This document shows, one piece after another, positions 56,919 through 64,000 of a DNA stretch of 64,000 nucleotides. How positions within the stretch are numbered: the stretch's first letter is position 1; the number at the start of each line of letters is the position of its first letter. Source of the DNA: an uncultured Gammaproteobacteria bacterium (GTDB taxonomy: Bacteria; Patescibacteriota; Microgenomatia; Levybacterales; GWA1-39-11); contig CAYMYC010000002.1 in the NCBI GenBank assembly GCA_964394645.1, positions 28,105 to 92,104 on the forward strand, written 5' to 3'. Made by a program: the position numbers and the translations under genes. The notes under the pieces were generated by a model, which worked only from the letters and a program-made list of their open reading frames with translations, was not told the origin of the DNA and ran no database searches.

Positions 56919-57806
56919 ATGACTAATCAAGACTTAGCCCGCTCTCTTTGGATTCGGACACGTCAAGAAAAATTTGCCGTTGGAGCGTTCAATATAGATA
57001 ATCAAGAAACACTTATTGCGATAGCCCGTGCTGCTAAAAATAAAAATTCCCCCGTCTTAGTTGAGGTTTCACATGGAGAGGTTGAGGCTATGGGGCTCAT
57101 AAATGTTCGTAGTCTAGTTGACAATTATAAAAAGGAATATGGTATAGAGATGTATATTAACTTAGATCATTCGCCTTCGGTTGAAGCAGCAAAAGCCGGA
57201 ATTGATGCCGGGTTTGAATTTATTCATATTGATCTATCTCAAGAAAAAAAAGGAGCAACACTTTCTGAAATTATTAAAGCAACAAAAGAAGTAGTTGAAT
57301 ATGCAAAAACTACAAAAGCCTTAGTTGAGAGTGAGCCTCATTATTTTGGTGGGAGCTCGAACGTGCATCATGATGAAATTAATTATGATGAGATTAAAAA
57401 AACGTTTAGTACTCCCACGGGTGCAAAAGAATTTGTAGAAGCAACGGGAATAGATACATTTGCTGCTGCAATTGGAAATCTCCACGGTAAATATCCAGTC
57501 CCTAAAGTACTTGATATTGATTTATTAAAGCAAATTAGGGCAGTGTTATCCTGCGCAATCAGCCTTCATGGGGGGTCAGGAACTCCACCAGAATATTTTA
57601 AGCAGGCTATTGAGGTTGGGGTAAGTAAGATTAATATAAACTCAGATATGCGTTATGCCTTTAGAACAGAATTGGAACGTCAATTAAAAGATAATCCAGA
57701 TGAATATGCCGTGGTAAAACTCATGAAGCCAGTTGAGGATGAGGTACAAAAAGTAGTAGAGGAGAGAATGGATGTATTTGGGTCTACAGGAAAAGCGGTA
57801 ATATGA
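56919..57806 (+). CDS. fba: Class II fructose-bisphosphate aldolase
   Basis: LDHSPS, the metal-ligand His in LHGGSG, and the length support this. Confidence 0.8.
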   Translation: MTNQDLARSLWIRTRQEKFAVGAFNIDNQETLIAIARAAKNKNSPVLVEVSHGEVEAMGLINVRSLVDNYKKEYGIEMYINLDHSPSVEAAKAGIDAGFEFIHIDLSQEKKGATLSEIIKATKEVVEYAKTTKALVESEPHYFGGSSNVHHDEINYDEIKKTFSTPTGAKEFVEATGIDTFAAAIGNLHGKYPVPKVLDIDLLKQIRAVLSCAISLHGGSGTPPEYFKQAIEVGVSKININSDMRYAFRTELERQLKDNPDEYAVVKLMKPVEDEVQKVVEERMDVFGSTGKAVI

Positions 57807-58255
57807 AAAAAGTATATTTGGGAGCGGATCATGCAGGATTTGCATACAAGGAGGAATTGAAGCCAATTATTAAAAAATTAGGATATGATCCAATAGATTG
57901 TGGAGCATTTTTCTATGATAAGGATGATGACTATCCAGACTTTTGTGCAGAAACAGCACGGCAAGTAGCTTCTGAGGCTGGATCTTTTGGTGTTGTTTTT
58001 GGGAAATCAGGTGCCGGAGAATGTATCGTTGCAAACAAAATCTATGGAGTTCGAGCATTTTTGGCAATAAATAAGCAAAATGTGCAGCTTGCAAGAGAGC
58101 ACAATGACGCAAACGTCATGTCAATTGGGTCCGCTTTTATAAAAGAAGATGATCTTGAGACGCTTCTTGCAACATTTCTCAAAACGCCTTTTTCCAATGA
58201 CGAACGCCATATAAGAAGAATCCAGAAGATCAAAGATCTTGAAAAGAGGGTATGA
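57803..58255 (+). CDS. rpiB: Ribose-5-phosphate isomerase B
   Basis: MKKVYLGADHAGF is the RpiB/LacAB N-terminus. It is 150 aa. Confidence 0.8.
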   Translation: MKKVYLGADHAGFAYKEELKPIIKKLGYDPIDCGAFFYDKDDDYPDFCAETARQVASEAGSFGVVFGKSGAGECIVANKIYGVRAFLAINKQNVQLAREHNDANVMSIGSAFIKEDDLETLLATFLKTPFSNDERHIRRIQKIKDLEKRV

Positions 58256-58931
58256 TATAAAAATGAAAGAATTAACAGTTGAAGAGTATGTTTATGAGAT
58301 AGTACCAGGAATTCTTGAAAAGGAATGGGATTCTATTGAGGAAAAACTTGAGCAGGCTAAAAAATTTGCAAAAACTGTTCACATAGACTTGATTGATGGA
58401 AAATTTGCAAGTAATACCACATTTATGGATCCTGCACCTTTTGCGAAGTACTCAAAGGATTTGATTTTGGAAGTTCACATGATGGTGGAAGATCCTAGAA
58501 AATATCTAAAACCCTTTGCAGAAGCAGGCTTTACAAGATTTTTAGGACACATAGAAAAGATGCCAAGCGTTTCCGATTTTGTTGCCGAAGCACAATTATA
58601 TGGCGAGGTAGGACTCGCATTAGACGGTCCAACTGATAAATCTATTGTTGATACAATCCCGCTTTCTGATTTAGATTGTGTGACTGTTTATACATGTCAG
58701 CAGGTTGGTTTTACTGGTGCTCAGTTTGACGAGAGAAAGCTTGATAAGGTAAGGTTAATTAAAACCCGCTCTCAAATCCCTGTTGAGGTAGACGGAGGAG
58801 TAAAGGATACAACTATCTTATTTGGGAAAAGTGCGGGTGCGGTACGATTTGTCGCAACTTCATTTATCTGGAATGCTCAAGATCCGAAGGTAGCATATGA
58901 AAGACTTCGCTCAATTGTAGCTGATCACTAA
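58239..58931 (+). CDS. rpe: Ribulose-phosphate 3-epimerase
   Basis: The HIDLIDG and HMMVEDP metal-ligand motifs are present. Confidence 0.8.
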   Translation: MKRGYDIKMKELTVEEYVYEIVPGILEKEWDSIEEKLEQAKKFAKTVHIDLIDGKFASNTTFMDPAPFAKYSKDLILEVHMMVEDPRKYLKPFAEAGFTRFLGHIEKMPSVSDFVAEAQLYGEVGLALDGPTDKSIVDTIPLSDLDCVTVYTCQQVGFTGAQFDERKLDKVRLIKTRSQIPVEVDGGVKDTTILFGKSAGAVRFVATSFIWNAQDPKVAYERLRSIVADH

Positions 58932-61237
58932 TGGAAGAATCCGCTAAGGTGAGTTGCCGCAAAATACTGAAGTAGGAGAGTGATTACGACTGATACGATT
59001 AAGAATCTATTAATGGGGAACATACCTCCTCTTACAATAAACACAATAATCATTTCTCCTACTACTAGGAGATTAAAGACGAGTGAATCAGGATAAAAAT
59101 TATATTGAAGTGCTAGCATAAAAAGCACGATTAATATCGTGGAGAAGATTCCGGTTATAGTAAGCGTAAACTTAAGTCTTTGTCTATTTAAAATTTGTTC
59201 AGATGCGGGTCTAGGACGCTTTTTTAATAAATTGCGGCGCTTGTTATCTATTGCCAGGGCAAAAGCTGGAAGCCCATCTCCAATAAGGTTTACCCACAAT
59301 ATTTGAGTGGGAGTAAGTGGAAGGGGGAGAGCGAAAACTACAGCAAAAAGTATAAGCGCAAATTCAGTAAGATTTGTCGCAAAAAGAAACATAACAACAC
59401 GAACAATATTTTCATAGATTCCGCGTCCTTCTTCTACTGCCTTTATGACGGTATATAAATTGTCATCTGTTATGATCATATCTGCCTCCTCTTTTGCAAC
59501 ATCAGTTCCTGACTTTCCCATGGCAATCCCAATATGTGCTTCTGAAAGCGCGAGTGCATCATTTACCCCATCCCCAGTTACTGCAACAATTAACCCTGCT
59601 TGTTTGTAGAGTCTCACCAGGCGAAGTTTATCTATTGGAATCATGCGTGCAAAAATTTTAATTCGGGGGAGAAGCTTCAAGAGTTCTTGATCACCCATTT
59701 TATCCAATTCGTCGTGAGTTACTATCAGCTCTCCATCTGTGATAAGACCAATTTCTTCAGCAATTGCCTTCGCTGTGACGGGATTGTCTCCCGTTACCAT
59801 AACAATACTAATCCCCGCATCTCGTGCTTCTTTTATCGCCTGTTCTGCTTCTTTTCGGGGTGCATCGTAAAGTGCTGTAATTCCAAGAAGGGTAAAATGT
59901 GTGCTTTTGGGTGCTTTCTCCGCGAAGGCAATTGCGCGGAGACCTTCGGCTTCATACTCGTTCAATAGTTTTTTTACATCCGCGTGTTCGTTAATTAATG
60001 TAAAGATTGTTTCAGGTGCGCCTCTGACTAAAATGTGCTGTTCACCATTGTTTTCCCAGGTAACTTCAATAGTTTTTGTTTCCGGATTAAAAGGTTTTTC
60101 CTCAGCTATTTTTCCTTCTTTCCGAAGACTTTCAATATCTTGGGATTGCTCATTGGCGAACGCAAGAAGCGCACCGTCTGTTCCGTCTCCTGTTATCTCA
60201 AAACTATTTCCATCCTCTTTTAGCACTAGGTTTGCTGTGTTTCCTAAGACCATGCATCGAAGAAAGAGACTTTCTTTCTCTTTATTGTGAAGATAGAACT
60301 TTTTTACCTTCATTTTGTTTTGCGTGAGCGTTCCGGTTTTGTCAGACAATATAACGTTTGTTGTTCCAAGTGTTTCAACTGCAGCCATTTTACGCATGAT
60401 AGTTTTTCTCTTAACCATTCTGTATGCGCCAACAGCAAGTCCGACCGTAACTATTAACGCAAGCCCTTCAGGGATAAGTGCAACCGCAACGCTTACTGAG
60501 ATAAGGACTGTTTGAGTTAAATCCCGTCCCTGGAGAAAGCCAATAGGGATAAGCGCAAAAGATAGAATAAGTGCTACTGCAGCAAGCCGTTTACTAAGGG
60601 TTGAAAGATTTTTTGTAAGTGGAATTTCTGGTTTTTTAGTTTTCTCCAACTCAGATGCTATTTCGCCTAATTTTGTTTTAAAACCAATCGTTTCAACTAA
60701 AAACATTCCGCGACCACGCACAACAAACGTTCCGGAAAATAAGTGTGAATCTACTTTTTTTTCCACAGGGATTGATTCTCCAGTAAGAATAGATTCATCA
60801 ACCTCCATTGATACATTTGTGATGAGCTTTCCATCAGCGGGTATCTTGTCTCCCTCACGAATTACTACAATATCTGAGGGGACAATATATCGCGCGTCTA
60901 TTTCAGTTTCCTGTCCATCCCGTATAACACGCGCAATCGGGGAAACTAGTTCTTTTAATTTTCCAATCGTGTCGTGAGCCCTATATTCTTGGATAAATCC
61001 AAAAATTCCATTGAAGACGAGCACCATAAAGATAAAGACCATGTCTATGGTATCGCCGATAAAGTATGAGAATATTCCAGCAAGAAAGAGTATGAGCGTT
61101 GTTATGTCTTTATATTGTGCAAGAAGGAGTTTTAGGAAAAAAAACGAGTCTTTTGTTTCAACCGAGTTTTTCCCAAATTGTTTTTGGAGAGCAGGGATTT
61201 GCGACGAGGACAATCCCCTCACATTGTCTATGGGCAT
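58928..61237 (-). CDS. P-type cation-transporting ATPase, probably Ca2+ (type II) given the PEGL motif in TM4
   Basis: The phosphorylation site DKTGTLT, the hinge TGDGVNDALAL, the PEGL motif in ALIPEGLALIV and TGES are present. Confidence 0.85.
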   Translation of the reverse strand: MPIDNVRGLSSSQIPALQKQFGKNSVETKDSFFFLKLLLAQYKDITTLILFLAGIFSYFIGDTIDMVFIFMVLVFNGIFGFIQEYRAHDTIGKLKELVSPIARVIRDGQETEIDARYIVPSDIVVIREGDKIPADGKLITNVSMEVDESILTGESIPVEKKVDSHLFSGTFVVRGRGMFLVETIGFKTKLGEIASELEKTKKPEIPLTKNLSTLSKRLAAVALILSFALIPIGFLQGRDLTQTVLISVSVAVALIPEGLALIVTVGLAVGAYRMVKRKTIMRKMAAVETLGTTNVILSDKTGTLTQNKMKVKKFYLHNKEKESLFLRCMVLGNTANLVLKEDGNSFEITGDGTDGALLAFANEQSQDIESLRKEGKIAEEKPFNPETKTIEVTWENNGEQHILVRGAPETIFTLINEHADVKKLLNEYEAEGLRAIAFAEKAPKSTHFTLLGITALYDAPRKEAEQAIKEARDAGISIVMVTGDNPVTAKAIAEEIGLITDGELIVTHDELDKMGDQELLKLLPRIKIFARMIPIDKLRLVRLYKQAGLIVAVTGDGVNDALALSEAHIGIAMGKSGTDVAKEEADMIITDDNLYTVIKAVEEGRGIYENIVRVVMFLFATNLTEFALILFAVVFALPLPLTPTQILWVNLIGDGLPAFALAIDNKRRNLLKKRPRPASEQILNRQRLKFTLTITGIFSTILIVLFMLALQYNFYPDSLVFNLLVVGEMIIVFIVRGGMFPINRFLIVSVVITLLLQYFAATHLSGFFH

Positions 61238-61267
61238 ACTTTAGTATACCAAATTGTTACAGCCCTA

Positions 61268-62809
61268 TTAGTCACTTGAGGTTTTTGGTCTATAATGAAG
61301 CGCTTCTAAGACATGCTCTTTTTTAATAGTTTCAGATTGCGAGAGGTCTGCAATTGTTTGTGCAACCTTTATGACTTTGTGATATGACCGTGCCGAAAGT
61401 GCGAATTTTGTAACTGCATTTCGCAAAACATCCTTAGCTGCTGCATCTATTTGTATAAATATTTTTATATCCTTGGCAGACATATCAGAGTTTGTGATAA
61501 TTTTTTTCCCTTGAAACCTCTTTAGTTGCCGCTTTCTTGCCTTCTCAACGCGATTTCTGACTACTTTTGACGTTTCTATACTTGTATCATCATCTTCTGT
61601 AATTTTAGAAATATTTACTGCTGGTACATCTATATGAATATCTATTCGGTCTAGCAATGGTCCTGATACACGCTTTTGGTATTTTAAAATTTGCAGCGTT
61701 GTGCAGTTGCACTCACGAGTGCGATCACCATAATACCCACATGGGCAAGGATTGGCTGCTGCAACAAGCATAAAACGACTTGGAAATTTTACCCTTTCAC
61801 GTGCGCGTGAAATAATAACATGTCCGTCTTCCATCGGTTGACGCATAGCCTCCAAAACATGTCTGGGATATTCCGGAAATTCATCTAAAAATAAAACTCC
61901 ACGATGCGCAAGTGATACTTCTCCGGGTTTTGGATTCGCGCTGCCTCCAATAAGTCCTATATGCGAAGTTGTATGATGAGGAGACCTGAATGGGCGTTTT
62001 TTTATAATTGCGTTTTCATTTAAAAGCCCTGAGATACTATAGATTTTGGTGACTTCTATTGCCTCATCGAAAGTGAGATTTGGGAGGATTGACGGGATGG
62101 TTCTGGCAAGAAGTGTTTTTCCTGCGCCTGGTGGACCTTTGAGTAGAATATTATGTCCACCGGAGACCGCTACTTCAACAGCACGTTTTACAAATTCCTG
62201 ACCTTTTATATCTTTTAAATCAAATTCATATAATTCTTCATCTTCTATTTTATCAAACGGGGTATGGATAAGTTTTTCTATAAATTTCACTCCTGATAAA
62301 TGAAGAAAAACATCCTTAAGTGTTTTCGCAGGGTATAAAGATACATCTTGGATCATGCTGGCTTCTGCCGCATTTGCGTGGGGGATAAAAATATGCTCAA
62401 TTTTCTTTTCTTTTGCGAGTAAAACCATGGGTAAAACTCCTTTTGTGTGTCGTAGGGATCCGTCCAGGGATAATTCACCTAAAAATATTGAATTTGAAAG
62501 ATGAGCCTCGTCATTTTTGATTGGGATCTGTTCTGAAGCTGTAAGAATAGAGATTGCAATCGGAAGGTCAAAAGATGGTCCTTCTTTTGGGAGATCTCCG
62601 GGTGCTAAGTTTACGGTGATTCTTTTAGGTGGAATGTCTGCTCCCGTGTTTTTCAGTGCCGATCTAACACGTTCCTTAGACTCCTCAACTGCCTTATCTG
62701 GAAGACCTACGATTGTAAATGTAGGTAGACCATTTAAAATGTCTGTTTCAACTTCAACTAAGACTCCGTCAAGACCAACGACAGCACTTGATAAAACCTT
62801 AGCAAACAT
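61268..62809 (-). CDS. YifB/ComM family Mg-chelatase-like AAA+ ATPase
   Basis: An N-terminal Lon-like domain is followed by Walker A LLKGPPGAGKTLLAR and a C-terminal ChlI-like region. Confidence 0.85.
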   Translation of the reverse strand: MFAKVLSSAVVGLDGVLVEVETDILNGLPTFTIVGLPDKAVEESKERVRSALKNTGADIPPKRITVNLAPGDLPKEGPSFDLPIAISILTASEQIPIKNDEAHLSNSIFLGELSLDGSLRHTKGVLPMVLLAKEKKIEHIFIPHANAAEASMIQDVSLYPAKTLKDVFLHLSGVKFIEKLIHTPFDKIEDEELYEFDLKDIKGQEFVKRAVEVAVSGGHNILLKGPPGAGKTLLARTIPSILPNLTFDEAIEVTKIYSISGLLNENAIIKKRPFRSPHHTTSHIGLIGGSANPKPGEVSLAHRGVLFLDEFPEYPRHVLEAMRQPMEDGHVIISRARERVKFPSRFMLVAAANPCPCGYYGDRTRECNCTTLQILKYQKRVSGPLLDRIDIHIDVPAVNISKITEDDDTSIETSKVVRNRVEKARKRQLKRFQGKKIITNSDMSAKDIKIFIQIDAAAKDVLRNAVTKFALSARSYHKVIKVAQTIADLSQSETIKKEHVLEALHYRPKTSSD

Positions 62810-62834
62810 AAATTTAGTATTAAGTATTACATAG

Positions 62835-62870
62835 TAAGTATCAAGTATGAGTTTAGCGCTATGAATATAA
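62835..62870. repeat. Five tandem heptads (TAGTATT AAGTATT ACATAGT AAGTATC AAGTATG) in the divergent yifB/dnaG promoter region
   Basis: The heptads were read directly, and four of the five match AAGTATN. Confidence 0.4.
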
Positions 62871-62915
62871 GACAGGCTTTGCGTTTGGGTTCAGGTTTGC
62901 TTCGTGTGCTACAAT

Positions 62916-64000
62916 ATGGGCGTGGATGATATTGCGAAAGTAAAACAAAAAATAGATATAGTAGAACTTATTGAAGCCTATATTCCGCTCAAAAAGGCAG
63001 GACGTAATTTCAAGTCTCCCTGCCCGTTTCATAGTGAAAAGTCCCCGTCTTTTGTTGTATCTCCTGATAGGCAGATCTGGCATTGTTTCGGGTGCAATAA
63101 AGGTGGGGATATATTCACGTTTGTGGAAGAATATGAGAAAACAACTTTTTCTGATGCATTAAAGTTTTTAGCACAGAAAGCAGGAATTAAATTAACTACC
63201 TCCGCTGCCCGTTCTGAAATTGAAAAGAAACGCGACCTTTTGTACTCACTAAATCACTTAGCAGCACAATACTATGAATATATCTTGTTTTCTCACACTG
63301 TAGGAAAACAGGCTTTGCAGTATGTGACAAAAGCAAGACATCAGAAAGAAGCACTTCTTAAAACTTTTCAGGTTGGATACGCGCCAAATACCGGGGATTC
63401 GCTAGTCAAATTTATTTTAAGTAAAAAAAAGTATCAACCTCAGGATTTGGTGGATGCGGGTCTCGCATTTAGGCAAGGGGCGCGTGTTGTAGATTTTTTT
63501 AGACACAGAATTATGTTTCCAATAACAGATCCAAGAGGCAACATTATTGCTTTTTCAGGGCGGGCGTTATCTTCTGATCAGATGCCAAAATATGTAAACA
63601 CGAAAGAAACAATATTGTACAAGAAAGGAGAAACTGTTTTTGGGTTGAATCTGGCCCGTGATGAAATAAAAAAACAGGGGAGTGTTATTATCATGGAAGG
63701 AGAGTTTGATGTTATATCAGCGCACAGAGAAGGAATTGGGAATGTGGTAGCAGTTAAGGGCACAGCACTGACGCCTGAACAAATAGATTTGTTAAAAAGG
63801 TATGGTCAAAAATTAGTTTTTTGCTTTGATACAGACCCTGCAGGAACGAGTGCGCAACGACGCTCTATTCAGATGATAGAAAATGCAGGAATAGTCGCTT
63901 CCGTTATCGTGCTCCCTGCTGGAAAAGATCCTGATGAGCTATTGTCCTCTGATCCCATTGCGTTTAAGCAAGCCTTAAAAAAAGACGTTCACATATATGA
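62916..64000 (+). CDS. dnaG: DNA primase, N-terminal zinc-binding and TOPRIM part (the ORF runs past the window end)
   Basis: Hand translation gives MGVDDIAKVKQKIDIVELIEAYIPLKKAGRNFKSPCPFHSEKSPSFVVSPDRQIWHCFGCNKGGD, a CHC2 zinc finger. The ORF is open to 64000 and has no stop, so it is missing from the ORF track. Confidence 0.8.
   Translation, partial: MGVDDIAKVKQKIDIVELIEAYIPLKKAGRNFKSPCPFHSEKSPSFVVSPDRQIWHCFGCNKGGDIFTFVEEYEKTTFSDALKFLAQKAGIKLTTSAARSEIEKKRDLLYSLNHLAAQYYEYILFSHTVGKQALQYVTKARHQKEALLKTFQVGYAPNTGDSLVKFILSKKKYQPQDLVDAGLAFRQGARVVDFFRHRIMFPITDPRGNIIAFSGRALSSDQMPKYVNTKETILYKKGETVFGLNLARDEIKKQGSVIIMEGEFDVISAHREGIGNVVAVKGTALTPEQIDLLKRYGQKLVFCFDTDPAGTSAQRRSIQMIENAGIVASVIVLPAGKDPDELLSSDPIAFKQALKKDVHIY

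Noticed and set aside
62903-62918. Extended -10-like TGcTACAAT immediately 5' of the dnaG ATG
   Set aside because: Its -10 hexamer ends 1 nt before the start codon, so a transcript starting from it would lack the start codon. It is more likely a coincidental AT-rich match.
1-64000. CRISPR arrays, rRNA genes, IS elements or transposases
   Set aside because: No regularly spaced direct repeats with unique spacers, no 16S/23S/5S-like conserved stretches, and no DDE or serine transposase motifs were seen in any frame.

Overview
The window is a low-GC, gene-dense bacterial chromosome segment using the standard genetic code, because no in-frame stops truncate conserved genes. By inference it resembles an ultra-small, reduced genome (CPR/Patescibacteria-like): ValS is short, there are two class-A PBPs, rpmH-rnpA-yidC-jag is present, glycolysis and pentose-phosphate genes are present, and no respiratory genes are seen. 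It contains dnaA-dnaN with DnaA-box clusters that look like a bipartite oriC. Housekeeping genes follow: ftsH, yidD, trpS, murD, murI, glmS, valS, gap, pgk, fba, rpiB, rpe, two PBP1A, a P-type ATPase, yifB/comM and the 5' part of dnaG. A cluster of six tRNAs (2 Met, 2 Ser, 2 Arg) lies next to a tyrosine-recombinase gene, and two of these tRNAs carry partial 5' copies just upstream. A candidate glmS ribozyme sits upstream of glmS. The most notable element is an 8.3 kb strand-inverted block (about 1528..9832) that ends directly against the 3' end of dnaN. It encodes a Gram-positive-type type IV secretion/conjugation-like module: a PrgI/VirB3-like membrane protein, a VirB4 ATPase preceded by a separate ORF carrying the VirB4 N-terminal-like domain, a very large membrane-anchored protein with a C-terminal SLT lytic-transglycosylase domain, a CHAP hydrolase, and small membrane and Ig-like proteins. 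No coupling protein, relaxase or integrase is visible inside the block. Gene orientation does not switch at dnaA, and rpmH-rnpA-yidC-jag lies about 37 kb from dnaA, which suggests rearrangement around the origin. No rRNA, CRISPR array or transposase was found. All functional calls come from motif recognition by eye, and homology searches and RNA covariance models were not run.
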